Source: Chloroflexota bacterium (lineage in GTDB: Bacteria > Chloroflexota > Anaerolineae > J102). Taken from it: DNA of 64,000 nucleotides. Below the pieces are notes generated by a model. It had not been told where the DNA came from. It ran no database searches and saw only the letters and a program-made list of their open reading frames with translations. Numbering within the stretch: position 1 is the first letter of the stretch; each line of letters opens with the position of its first letter. Shown here piece after piece: positions 20,723 through 30,615 of this stretch. Made by a program: the position numbers and the translations under genes. The stretch lies in the NCBI GenBank assembly GCA_029782215.1, contig JAKOVD010000079.1, positions 82,729 to 146,728 on the forward strand. The letters run 5' to 3'.

Positions 20723-23515
20723 TAACGCCTTGCGGCAGGAATCCGTCGAGGGGAAAACGCAGAAGAGGCGAATGGTAGTCAGGCGCGCGCACCGCCATGA
20801 AATCGGTGTTTGAGAAGTTGGTGTTGGGTGTCCATGCGTCAATGTAGGTGTCCGCAACATCGGGGCTGCCGCTTGCTCCTGTTTGCAGTGTGATAGGCGA
20901 TCCCATCAAACGCAGGTTTCCCAGGCCAGCTGCATTGCTCATGAAAGGCGAGATTAGCCAAATGAGGTAGCTGTCCCAGTCTCCACCATCGTCGTCGTCG
21001 TGAAGCGACCAGTCGAAGCCGAGGTTGGTGCCTGCTTGCCAGGTGAGAGGGTGAAGATGACTGCGCGGAATGGCGATCTCCATCGTCCAGCCGCCTGGAA
21101 TTGTGCCCGTCATCACGGTCAATGGCGGGGATGGGCGCTCCCAATCAGTGGTGCGTCCATCGATGTTGATCGTGAGCTTGTGGTCATCCAGGCCGCCTCC
21201 CTTGTTGTCGTCGGCGGCATCGAAACCCAGCTCTACGGCATCATCACGCCAGATATCCACACTGTCGGCCACGATAGCGTCATCCACCACTGCGATGCCC
21301 AGATAGAGATTGTTGGCGTCCCACAATGCCCGGATCGAACCGCTGAGGTCATCGAGGGAAGGAATCGACCGGGGATGAATGTAGCCGGCCGTGCCTGCGT
21401 TGAGCAGGAGCTCCGTGCCTTCCGGCCAGTCGCTCAAATCCCCATCAACCGCGGGCGCGTTGCCAACCGGGAACGCAAGGAGCGCAGCGTCCGGTCCACT
21501 GCCGCTATCACCGGGTCCGCGGTACTTCATGAGACTACCGCCTGATACTGATCCCACGAGCATTCCGAACGTCGTGGCTTTGAAATCGATGTCCTCGATA
21601 TAATCGCCCTCCCAGACGCCATTGCCCCAGGTGTTTCCAGCATTCGCAGTATGAAGTAGCGAATTGCGGCCCCCTACCCAGGCTTCGGTGCCGCTGATGG
21701 CCGCTACACTGGCAAGATTGACCCATTCGGGGATCGGTGGCGTCTGCGGACGCCATGAGATACCGCCATCGGCGCTGCGGAGGAGCGTGCGGCTCTGACC
21801 TGCGACCCAGCCACTCATGCCATCGGCGGCGAAGTCTACTGCATAGAGGTGCCGATCGACGTTCGTGGCTGATGCATTCCAGCTTTGACCCTGATCCGTA
21901 GAACGAACGACGATGCCGTAGTCGCCAACGGCGAGGACGTTGGAACTGCTCAACCATGCCAAGCCATTGAGATTCACACTCACACCGCTTGGGGCAGGAC
22001 TCCAGGTGATCCCCCATCGGTCGTGCGTAGAATCATGCCGTTGTTCCCGGCGATGAGTCCCAGGTTGTTGCTCACAAACCGAACAGAGTTCAATTGCTCG
22101 TTCACCTGTGTGTCAACCGGTTCCCAGGTAACCCCCGCGTTCGTCGTACGCCAGCCAGTTCCCGCATCGCCGACGATCCATGCCGTGATGCCGTCCAACG
22201 TGTGGATACCGTTCCCTGATTCGCTGTGGACCCAGCGCCACGTACGGCCACCGTCACTTGTGCCCAGAACGCCATGCTTTGCAGACCAACGACTGGTGAT
22301 AGCAAAGGCGGTCTTTTGGTCATTTGCCACAACGATGCGACCAAGACTTGCCGGGTAGACATCCAGTCCAAACTGGCGATTCCATTGATTGCCGCCATCA
22401 GGGGAATAGCAGACCTGAGGGCCGACGGGCATGGCGGGGCCCCTGTAGAAGTTGTTAAGGTCGCCATAGCCCGCAGCCCACATCTTGCCACTAGCCAGGA
22501 TTGCCAGATGGTACGTGCTGCCATAGCCGGAGCTGCAGGGAATGGAAGTCACTTGCGCCCAACCAAGACCTCCATTGTTCGTATGCCAGAGCATCTCCTC
22601 GCCGCCATAGATGTTGTCACGATGGTTACCCAGCAGCCAACCTTCGGTTGCGCTCGTGAACGCGATCTGCTTTGGGGTGAATATGCTCTGCCAGCCACCA
22701 TTGGTCGGGTCCACCTGGCTGAGCTTGATCCAGATGACGCCGCCATTACTTGTGCCAAAGACACTGCCGTCGCTGGCCAAGGCCCAACCGTGTTGGGCAT
22801 CAACAAAGCTGATGCTGGTAAGCCATTCGCCGGTAGGAAGCGATACCGTCTGAGAATGCCAGGTAATGCCGCCATCGACGCTGGCCCAAAGGGATAAGGT
22901 ATCCTCCTTGCGACCGATGACCCAGCCTTGGACGTTGTTCACGAAGACAACGTCGTTCACAGTCACCCCCGGTAGCGGGACAGACGCCGCCTGTCGCCAG
23001 ATGCCCCCACCGTCGCTCGTGCGCAAGATCGTGCTTTCGGCCCCGACCGCCCAGCCTTTTGACACATCCACAAAGACGACATCGGTCAGGTCACTGGCGA
23101 CGCCAGAACTCTGAGGAAGCCATGTTCCACCCCCATTGACTGTGCTGAAAATGGCGCCGCGTTCACCCACCGTCCAGCCCCGGCTGGAGCTGGCAAAATC
23201 GACAGCGCTCAGCGAAGGGCTTGACGGCACCACGAACGTGTTCCATGTGCTGCCCCCATTTGCCGAAGAGGCGATGAGTCCATCCGATCCTACGGCCCAT
23301 AAATGCGTGCCATCCAGCGTGTCGATTCCTGTGAACCTGTTCCGCAGAGGATTGGACCAAATGCCGGTGTCGACAGTGGGCGCCAAAACGGCGGGAAACA
23401 CGGAAGAATCAGGTCGCCACGACCCGGCAGCGATGTCCCGTGCGCTCACAAAGGTCAATGCGACCGCGAGAATGGCGATGCCCCGTACCAGCCAGGTTTT
23501 CATAGCCTGCCTCAT
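20703..23515 (-). pseudogene. Exported BNR/Asp-box (Ycf48-like) beta-propeller protein with CBM9/DOMON-like C-terminal region, disrupted
   Basis: Track ORFs 21980..23515 (signal anchor MKTWLVRGIAILAVALTF, repeated S/T-x-D-G-G-x-x-W boxes) and 20703..21983 overlap by 4 nt. The second ORF has no signal peptide and starts mid-repeat. Adding 1 nt in the C5 run 22011..22015 restores TTDGGITWSPAPSGVSVNLNG. The last 5 codons and the stop lie inside the IS5 end. GC is lower than in neighbouring genes. Confidence 0.7.
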
Positions 23516-23669
23516 CGCAGATCAGAAGCAAACGAATTGAAGGCGCAGCAAGCCAGTCTGTAGGCACCAGACCGCAATAATTGTCTACCCGTGCACAGGA
23601 CTTGTCAATCTGAGTGCAGAGGCTGCACGGTGTGAGTTGGGTCGCTGCCGGCAATGTTCGTTGTCCAAC

Positions 23670-24614
23670 TCACGCTGGGTAAAAGACGCTGACCAGGGTA
23701 AAAGCCACCATCGTCACCAGCGTTGCCAGCGAGAGCGTGTTGACGACGTACACGTGATCCTGCTCCGCTGCCTGGCCCATGTAGAGGGGGATGACGAAGG
23801 GCGGCGGCAGCACGAACAGGGTCAGCACGGCGGCCTGCATCGTGCGGTCGCCGGGAAACAGGCGGTTGAGCAGGAAGAAGCTGAGCAGCACGCCAATCGG
23901 CACCCAAACCAGCAGCCTCAGCCCGACCGTACGGAGCGGCCAGGACAGGTGGCGGCGCTCAAGGCCCACCTCGTAGCCGATGATCAGGCCGATCAGGGGT
24001 GTGGTTACTGCTGCAAGCAGCGTGATGGCCTTCAGCACGGCTGCCGTCAGGGGCCAGGCCTCCGCCCAGGGCATCAAGCCGCTGCGATTGGCCAGGATGC
24101 CGAGCAGGATGCTGAGGATGACGGGGGTCTTGATGAAGTTGGCGATGGTCTGGCTGAAGGGAACCGCGCCGGTGGTTAGGCGCTGCACAAACGGCACTAA
24201 CAGGAAGAACACAAACAACACCTGCCCCAGGTCGGCCACGGCAAAGCGGAAGATGTTGCCGGCGCCGTAGACGGCGCCGAAGATGGCATAGCCCATCATG
24301 CCGGCCTCGAAGCCGGACATGAGCGGGGCGGCGTAGACGGAGCGCACCCCGGCCAGGGGCGCCAGCACCCGGCCCAGAAGCATCACAACCAGACACAGGG
24401 TGAACACTGCCACCACGACGACCAGGTGGCGGGATTCCAGGTTCACAGAGGAGAAGGCCAGGAAGAGGACCGCGGGCAGGGTGATGGTGACGACCAGTTT
24501 CTTCAACTCCTGCACTGTGCCTGGCTGCAGGAACGCGCGCCGCCGCAGCACCGCGCCCAAGGCGAAGAGCAGGATCACCGGAAGGACTTTGGAAAAGGCG
24601 TCGAGGTAGACCAT
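23670..24614 (-). CDS. AEC-family (auxin efflux carrier-like) permease
   Basis: Start at ATG 24614 (MVYLDAFSKVLPVILLFALGAVLRR...). About 10 TM segments. The longer track ORF overlaps the upstream gene. Confidence 0.72.
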   Translation of the reverse strand: MVYLDAFSKVLPVILLFALGAVLRRRAFLQPGTVQELKKLVVTITLPAVLFLAFSSVNLESRHLVVVVAVFTLCLVVMLLGRVLAPLAGVRSVYAAPLMSGFEAGMMGYAIFGAVYGAGNIFRFAVADLGQVLFVFFLLVPFVQRLTTGAVPFSQTIANFIKTPVILSILLGILANRSGLMPWAEAWPLTAAVLKAITLLAAVTTPLIGLIIGYEVGLERRHLSWPLRTVGLRLLVWVPIGVLLSFFLLNRLFPGDRTMQAAVLTLFVLPPPFVIPLYMGQAAEQDHVYVVNTLSLATLVTMVAFTLVSVFYPA

Positions 24615-24621
24615 GACCGGT

Positions 24622-25542
24622 TTACGCCTCCCCCCGCTTGCCCTGCACGAAGCCCGGCTGCTGGTAAGCGGGGTGGGGATAGCGATAGAATCCCTGTCCG
24701 GTCTTGACGCCGAGCCATCCCTGGTCGACAAAGCCCTTGACAAAGCTTGCATTAGCCCGAAGCTGGGCGTCGGAGAGCTGTCTTGCCCAGAAGTCCGTGA
24801 TATCCCAGACGGTGTCCAGCCCGACCAGGTCCATGATGCCGAAGGGACCGACCGGCATTTTCATCACCCCCATCCAGGCGCGATCGATATCCTCCACGGC
24901 GGCGACGCCGTTGGCCGCCAGGGTGAGCGCTTCGCGGTTCACGGCATTCAGCATGGCGTTGAAGACGTAGCCGAAGCTCTCCTTCTGCAGCACAATGGGA
25001 ATCTGGCCAATGCGCCCAGCGAACTCTGCCAGCAGGGCCACCACCTCCGGCGCCGTGCCCGGATGCGGCATGATATCCACCACATTGGAGCTCCAGACAG
25101 GGGTGTGAAAGTGCAGGGCGGCAAACTGCGCCGGTCGTCCCGTCGCCTGGGCAAACATTGACGGAACCAGCGACGACGTATTGGTCGTAAAGAGGGTGTC
25201 AGGCCGGCAGAGGGCATGGAACTGGGCGAAGACCCTTCCCTTGAGCTCCGGGTTTTCCGGCACCGACTCGCTGACCAGGTCTGCCTGCGCCGCCGCTTGG
25301 TCAGGCTGCGAGGTCGTCCGAATGCGCTGCAGTGCTGCGGCCATCGCCTGCTCTGACAAGGCACCGCTGGCGACAATTTCGGCGGCGTAGGCGCGAATCC
25401 GGCTCATCACCCCATCCAGGGCCACGGGAACCACGTCGTAAAGGGTCACCTCGTAGCCGAACATGGCGCATTGGAAGCCGATTTGCTGGCCCATCGTGCC
25501 CGCCCCGATGATGAGGACGTGGCGGATATCGTTGATGTTCAT
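24622..25542 (-). CDS. 3-hydroxyacyl-CoA / 3-hydroxybutyryl-CoA dehydrogenase
   Basis: 306 aa. Rossmann motif VLIIGAGTMGQQIG and overall HBD layout. Confidence 0.88.
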   Translation of the reverse strand: MNINDIRHVLIIGAGTMGQQIGFQCAMFGYEVTLYDVVPVALDGVMSRIRAYAAEIVASGALSEQAMAAALQRIRTTSQPDQAAAQADLVSESVPENPELKGRVFAQFHALCRPDTLFTTNTSSLVPSMFAQATGRPAQFAALHFHTPVWSSNVVDIMPHPGTAPEVVALLAEFAGRIGQIPIVLQKESFGYVFNAMLNAVNREALTLAANGVAAVEDIDRAWMGVMKMPVGPFGIMDLVGLDTVWDITDFWARQLSDAQLRANASFVKGFVDQGWLGVKTGQGFYRYPHPAYQQPGFVQGKRGEA

Positions 25543-25773
25543 GAGGTTTGCAGGGGTTTGAGTTTGGGAGGAGCTGCCTGGATTTTGGTTTGCCTGGAAT
25601 GGAATTGGCAGCAGCGCCTATGATAGCCCACAAAGCCCCAACGTGCCTGTATGGGCGCGCGGCCAGGAAGCCCGCTTCCCATCGCTCGGCGCGGTTTGCC
25701 GCCGGGCAGAAGCTCAAGCTGCTGCTCGCGGCGGCGAGAGGTCCCCCTTTAGCGCCGTCGGCCTGGCGTTGAC

Positions 25774-27267
25774 TTACTTTCCGGCTGCCAGCCGGTAGAC
25801 CTGGCCCTGCAGGTCCAGCACGTAGAGTTCGCCCTGGGCGTCCTCGCCAAACGAGGAAACGTTCGCGCCGGACTGCAGCAGCTCCGTGCTTTTCCAGGCG
25901 CCGGCGCCATCACGCTGCAAGCCCCAGATGACGCCGCTGCAGTAGTCACTGTAGAGATAGGCGCCGGCGAGGTCAGGAATCGCCTGGCCGCGGTAGACGT
26001 AGCCGCCTGTGACCGAGCAGCCCTGATCGTGGCCATAGACCACGACCGGCAGCACCTTGCCATCCTTGTCGCATGTCTTGGCCTGGTAGCATGCGAGCCC
26101 TTCCATCACGTTCCAGCCATAGTTCTGGCCGCCCGTGCTGTCCGCGGGCTGAAAGTCCACTTCCTCCCACGTGTTCTGGCCCACGTCGGCGATGTAGAGA
26201 TCGCCTGTCTGCCGGTCAAAGGAGAAGCGCCAGGGGTTGCGCAGCCCATAGGCCCAGACTTCGGGCCGGGCATCGTTGGCGCCGGCAAACGGATTCTGTG
26301 GTGGAATGGCGTATCCGGCCTGGCCGCGCACGTCCAGGCGCAGGAGCTTGCCGAGGAGGGCATTGCGGTTCTGGGCGTTGCCCCAGGGATCGCCGGCCGA
26401 GCCGCCGTCGCCCATGCCCACATAAAGATAGCCATCAGGGCCAAACTGGAGCTGGCCGCCATTGTGGTTGGGAGCAGGCTGGGGAATTTCAAGAATGGTC
26501 TGGCCCGAGGCCGGGTCGGCTGTGTTTGGGTCGGCGGTGGTCTTGTAGCGGGCGACCACCGTGCCCCCATTGCTGGACTGAGCCGTGTAGTTGACGTAGA
26601 ACTGGCCGTTGTCGCGGTACTGAGGGTCGAAGGCCACGCTCAACAGCCCTTGCTCGGCGCCGCTGGACTGGACCAGGTCGCTGATGTCCAGGAACGGCTG
26701 CGCCAGCAATTGGCCGTCCTGGATGACGCGGATGCGCCCGGCCTTCTCGACCAGGAACAGGCGGCCGCTCCCATCGCTTGCATCCGCCAGGTAAGTGATC
26801 GGGCTGTCGGTTTGGACGAAGGGGATCAGCGCAAGGCGTGGCAGCGCATGAAGCGGCGCAGTCTCCTTACCCGCCGTTGGCGTCCGTAGGGGCGAGGTCT
26901 CCTCGCCCGCCGTGGTCGGAGCAGACGGTGCGCCTGCGGCTTCGGCGGTCGCCGTTGGTATCTGTAGGGGCGAGGTTTCCTCGCCCGCCCCGGTCGGAGC
27001 AGACGATGTGCCTGTGACTTTGGCGGTCGCCGTTGGTATCTGTAGGGGCGAGGTTTCCTCGCCCGCCGCGCCTGTGGCTTCGGCGGTCGCCGTTGGCGTG
27101 CGTAGGGGCGCGGTCTCCTCGCCCGCTGTGGTGGCCGTGATGGTCGCCGGCGGCGTCATCTGTTGCTCGACCCCGAGACATCCGCTCAACGCCAGGAGCA
27201 GCACGAGAGGCAGAAGGCGCCGCAAGGGCTTAGTTCGATTGAGCGTGTTCATCGTTCCAAGGGACAA
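25774..27267 (-). CDS. PQQ-dependent sugar dehydrogenase (sorbosone/glucose dehydrogenase-like) lipoprotein
   Basis: Lipobox LLLALSGC. Repetitive Thr/Pro/Ala linker. Catalytic beta-propeller motifs NHNGGQLQFGPDGYLYVGMGDGG and GLRNPWRFSFD. Confidence 0.85.
   Translation of the reverse strand: MSLGTMNTLNRTKPLRRLLPLVLLLALSGCLGVEQQMTPPATITATTAGEETAPLRTPTATAEATGAAGEETSPLQIPTATAKVTGTSSAPTGAGEETSPLQIPTATAEAAGAPSAPTTAGEETSPLRTPTAGKETAPLHALPRLALIPFVQTDSPITYLADASDGSGRLFLVEKAGRIRVIQDGQLLAQPFLDISDLVQSSGAEQGLLSVAFDPQYRDNGQFYVNYTAQSSNGGTVVARYKTTADPNTADPASGQTILEIPQPAPNHNGGQLQFGPDGYLYVGMGDGGSAGDPWGNAQNRNALLGKLLRLDVRGQAGYAIPPQNPFAGANDARPEVWAYGLRNPWRFSFDRQTGDLYIADVGQNTWEEVDFQPADSTGGQNYGWNVMEGLACYQAKTCDKDGKVLPVVVYGHDQGCSVTGGYVYRGQAIPDLAGAYLYSDYCSGVIWGLQRDGAGAWKSTELLQSGANVSSFGEDAQGELYVLDLQGQVYRLAAGK
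26886..27125. repeat. Tandem 78/78/60-bp repeats inside the PQQ-dehydrogenase linker, each with an 8-bp-stem hairpin
   Basis: GTAGGGGCGAGG(T)TTCCTCGCCC starts at 26886, 26964, 27042 and 27102. GGGCGAGG-ttt-CCTCGCCC is self-complementary. Encodes GEETSPL(Q/R)(I/T)PTATA... units. Confidence 0.9.
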
Positions 27268-27308
27268 GGTCCCCGTTCACTGAAAGGGGATTGGGGGCGC
27301 AGGCCCTG

Positions 27309-27926
27309 CTATGACACCGCCGGCGCCTGGTGAAGATAGGTGGTGTCGGTGAGCTGCTTGAGCACGAAGTCGGCCACGTCTGCCCGTGAGATCTGCCCGG
27401 CCTTGACGCTGCCGTCTGCACCAGCCTTGTAGGCGCCGGTCTTGGGGCCATCGGTGAGCCCACCAGGGCGGACGATAATCCAATCCAGGCCGCTGTCCCG
27501 GACAAGCTGCTCCTGCCGTTCTTTGTCCTCCATCGGCTTCTTGAGCACGGTGCTCATGAGCATTTTGAAGGCGAAAGGCACCTGGTTCTTGCTGTCGCCG
27601 ACGCCGATCGAGCTCACCACCACCAGGCGGCGCACCTGCTGTTCCTGCATGGCGGCGATGACGACGCGGGTGCCGTCGGACACGATCCAATCGGGGTTGT
27701 TGGCCGTGTTGCCCAGCGTGACGATGACGGCATCCGCGCCCTGGACGGTCGACGCAACGGCCTGGGCATCGAGCACGTCGCCGGTGGTGAGCGCCAGGTT
27801 GGGATGGGTCAGTGCCAGACGGGAGGGGTCCCGGACCAGCGCCTGCACGATATGGCCGGCCTCCAGGGCCTGCGCCACGATCTGCTGGCCTGTGCCGCCG
27901 GTGGCGCCGAAAACTGCAATCTTCAT
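27309..27926 (-). CDS. NAD(P)H-binding (NmrA/BVR-B-like) atypical SDR
   Basis: Start at ATG 27926 (MKIAVFGATGGTGQQIVAQAL...). The upstream part of the track ORF is off-frame-like. Confidence 0.8.
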   Translation of the reverse strand: MKIAVFGATGGTGQQIVAQALEAGHIVQALVRDPSRLALTHPNLALTTGDVLDAQAVASTVQGADAVIVTLGNTANNPDWIVSDGTRVVIAAMQEQQVRRLVVVSSIGVGDSKNQVPFAFKMLMSTVLKKPMEDKERQEQLVRDSGLDWIIVRPGGLTDGPKTGAYKAGADGSVKAGQISRADVADFVLKQLTDTTYLHQAPAVS

Positions 27927-27963
27927 GGGTATGTCGTTCCTTCGTGTTGGAGAGTTGAGAAGA

Positions 27964-28782
27964 CTAAGCGGCCGTTGGCTGGAGCCGGGTGTGGCCCGGC
28001 CTCGTGTGCCTCCACCAGCCCACAATGGCAGCCACCAGGATGATGGCAGAGGCCAGGAGCGCCGTGACGGCAATCATATCGATACTGCCCTGCTTGGCCC
28101 GAATCGCCAGCAGCGCCCAGATAAGGACCCCGGCATAGGCGAAGTTGGCACGGTTGACCAGCACCAGGGAGGCGATCACAGCGGCGATGAGCATCATGAT
28201 CGCGGCCCACACTGGTCCTGAAATGCCGGAGCCGTTCCAGCCCAGGACGGGAGCGACGCTCGCCACATTGGCGATGGTGGCCACGTTGATCCAGGCGAAG
28301 TAGAGGCTCATAGGGAAGTCGATCAGCAGCTTGTCGGCCCGCGTCAGCGGTTGAGCCCGCTCTTCGTCACGCAGCCCGATGCCGAGGCGCAGATAGAGCA
28401 CCAGCAGGGTCGCCAGCAGCGACACCATGAGCAGCAAGGAGAGCGCATAGACCCCGTAGTGCCAGGAGAAGACCCAGCCGACATTGGCCAGGCTGGCAAG
28501 CACGAACAAGGGACCGATGGCCTGCAGGTGGGGATTGTGGCGTTGGCTGGGCAGCGCCTGGTAGACGACAAAGGCGCCCAGGCCCAGGTAGATGAGCCCC
28601 CAGATGGCAAAGGCGTATCCGGCGGGCGTGAAATAGGAGGGAAGTGAATCGGAGATTTCACCGGCCGAGCGCCCGTTCAACGGCAGAGCGCTGGAGAGGA
28701 AGTTGACGAAGACCGTGAGCACATAGGCGCCGATGTTAGCCAAGGGCAGCCAGCGCTGGGCGGCCGTGGATGTAGATGTCAT
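27964..28782 (-). CDS. Multi-pass membrane protein, TspO/MBR-like (tryptophan-rich sensory protein-related)
   Basis: Start at ATG 28782 (MTSTSTAAQRWLPLANIG...). YFTPAGYAFAIWGLIYLGLGAFVVYQ resembles the TspO core. About 272 aa, longer than canonical TspO. Confidence 0.45.
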   Translation of the reverse strand: MTSTSTAAQRWLPLANIGAYVLTVFVNFLSSALPLNGRSAGEISDSLPSYFTPAGYAFAIWGLIYLGLGAFVVYQALPSQRHNPHLQAIGPLFVLASLANVGWVFSWHYGVYALSLLLMVSLLATLLVLYLRLGIGLRDEERAQPLTRADKLLIDFPMSLYFAWINVATIANVASVAPVLGWNGSGISGPVWAAIMMLIAAVIASLVLVNRANFAYAGVLIWALLAIRAKQGSIDMIAVTALLASAIILVAAIVGWWRHTRPGHTRLQPTAA

Positions 28783-28915
28783 AGGGATGTCGCTCCGCAA
28801 TTCTCTTGGTGGGGCTGGAAACGGAAACCGGCAGGCGTCAAGTAAGCATGCATAGAAATATATTAACAAAAGCTGGACAAAATGTCAATACCCCACCCGC
28901 AGCAATGGTCAGCTT

Positions 28916-28944
28916 CCTCCGGGAGGTTTGGGTCCTCCCGGAGG
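28916..28944. terminator. Hairpin CCTCCGGGAGG-tttgggt-CCTCCCGGAGG downstream of the AKR gene
   Basis: 11-bp perfect stem (28916..28926 and 28934..28944), 20 nt after the AKR stop on the minus strand. Same CCTCCGGGAGG core as the 16744..16807 hairpin. Confidence 0.5.
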
Positions 28945-28963
28945 CACGACTCCGCACGCTACC

Positions 28964-29992
28964 TCATTGATGATGATTGTCGATCAGGTTGAAGGTGCCG
29001 CCGCTGACCAGGTCGCGCACACCCTCGGATGCCAGAAAGGTGTGGGGGAAACCCAGATCGATGGCGCTCACTTCATCCAGCCGCTGCATCTGCTCCGGTT
29101 CCAGGGTGAACTCCAGGGCCGCCAGGTTGTCCTGGAGCTGGGCAAGCCTGGTGGCGCCCAGGATGGGGATGATGACGCCCGGTTGCTGCCGCACCCAGTT
29201 GATCGCCACCTGTGAAGGCGAGCGACCGCTTTCCGCGGCCACACTGGCCACGGCGTCGCCGATGGCCAGGTCCCGCTCGGCGATATCCCATCGTGAGGCG
29301 CGACCTTTGACATCGCCGTCGCCTGCCTTGCCGTACTTGCCGGTAAGCACCCCGGCGCCCAGGACGCTCCAGGGCGTCACCGCCAGGTCAAAGGCGCGAG
29401 CCATCGGTAGCAGGTCCCGCTCGGCGGCGCGATCGGCCAGGCTGTACCGGATCTGCAGACCCACGAAGCGCGACCACCCGCGCAGATCGGCCATCGTGTT
29501 GGCCTGGGCGACCACCCAGGCAGGCGTGTCTGAGACGCCCACATAGTGCACCTTGCCGGAAGCCACCAGGTCATCCAGCCCGCGCATGACCTCATCCACC
29601 GGCGTGGTGAAATCCCAGGCATGCACCCAGAGCAGGTCGACATGGCTGGTCTGCAGGCGACGCAAGCTGGCCTCCAGCGAGCGCACCATGTTCTTGCGGT
29701 GGTTGCCGCTGAAGCTGGGGTCGTTACGCCTGTCGAACAGGGTGTATTTGGTGGCGACAACGAAGTGGTCGCGGTCGGCGGCCAGGAACTCGCCCAGAAA
29801 GGTCTCGGCCGTGCCCTCGGTGTAGCGGTTGGCGGTGTCAACGAAGTTGCCGCCCGCTTCGGCGTAGGCGTCGAACATGCGCCTGCTCTCTTCCCTGGAG
29901 GCGCCCCAACCCCAGGTGTTGCCGAAGGTCATCGTGCCCAGGGCAAGCTCGGAAACGCGCAGGCCGCTCCTGCCAAGAAGCTTGTACCTCAT
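28964..29992 (-). CDS. Aldo/keto reductase
   Basis: 342 aa. LGTMTFG, FVDTANRY and VSDTPAW patterns of the AKR superfamily. Confidence 0.9.
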   Translation of the reverse strand: MRYKLLGRSGLRVSELALGTMTFGNTWGWGASREESRRMFDAYAEAGGNFVDTANRYTEGTAETFLGEFLAADRDHFVVATKYTLFDRRNDPSFSGNHRKNMVRSLEASLRRLQTSHVDLLWVHAWDFTTPVDEVMRGLDDLVASGKVHYVGVSDTPAWVVAQANTMADLRGWSRFVGLQIRYSLADRAAERDLLPMARAFDLAVTPWSVLGAGVLTGKYGKAGDGDVKGRASRWDIAERDLAIGDAVASVAAESGRSPSQVAINWVRQQPGVIIPILGATRLAQLQDNLAALEFTLEPEQMQRLDEVSAIDLGFPHTFLASEGVRDLVSGGTFNLIDNHHQ

Positions 29993-30615
29993 CCATTCCT
30001 CCGCAGCAGCTTGAACATGATGTCGGGACCGTTGCCCAGGCGGTAGGCGAGCTGCACCCAGAGCGCCGCCACGTCCTCGGTGAGACGGGCATTGGCCAGG
30101 GGACCGGCATCGACGGCGTCGAAGCCGCTGGCATTCACCAGGTTCGCCACGATGGCCTTGGCCCCGGTATCATCGCCGCAGAGCAGGATGTCCACCTTGT
30201 GCGGGCCGTAGGTGCGGCCGTCCATGTTGCCCGATCCGGTGGTGTTGAAGGCCTTCACCACCCGCGCTCCCGCCGCCCATTGGGCGACGTCTTCGCCGGC
30301 CGACGGCATCTCGCCCGGTCCTCCCGGCGCCAGGCGGTTGGTGGCGTCCAGCAGGATCTTGCCGGTCCAGTCGCTTGCTTCCTGCAGGACGGCCGGCACT
30401 GCCTGCCAGGGCACGGCCAGGACGACGAGGTCGCCAAAGGCGACGGCCTCTGCCACCGAGGTTGCCCGGACCTTGGCGCCGCCGCCGGCGAGCGCGGCCT
30501 GGACCTTGGCGCTTTGCGGGTCGCGCACGCCGAACACGATGTCATGGCCCTGGCCGGACCAGAGGTTGCCGAGGGCGGCGCCGACGTTACCGGCGCCGAG
30601 AATGGCGATCTTCAT
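29989..30615 (-). CDS. NADPH-dependent F420 reductase-like (NpdG / F420_oxidored family) oxidoreductase
   Basis: 208 aa. MKIAILGAGNVGAALG Rossmann motif and FDAVDAGPLANARLTE tail. 4-nt overlaps on both sides. Confidence 0.72.
   Translation of the reverse strand: MKIAILGAGNVGAALGNLWSGQGHDIVFGVRDPQSAKVQAALAGGGAKVRATSVAEAVAFGDLVVLAVPWQAVPAVLQEASDWTGKILLDATNRLAPGGPGEMPSAGEDVAQWAAGARVVKAFNTTGSGNMDGRTYGPHKVDILLCGDDTGAKAIVANLVNASGFDAVDAGPLANARLTEDVAALWVQLAYRLGNGPDIMFKLLRRNG

Noticed and set aside
26886-27125. Regularly spaced repeats here and at about 58436..58700 and 63593..63682, considered as a possible CRISPR array.
   Set aside because: The repeats are contiguous and in-frame inside long ORFs, encoding Thr/Pro-rich linkers. 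There are no unique spacers and no cas genes in the window.
27927-27940. Similar leaders GGGTATGTCGTTCC (27927..27940) and AGGGATGTCGCTCC (28783..28796) directly upstream of two adjacent minus-strand genes. Both give the ..(N/S)DIPM pseudo-peptide.
   Set aside because: Only 11/14 identity over a stretch that includes the SD region. This is compatible with chance or ordinary RBS context.
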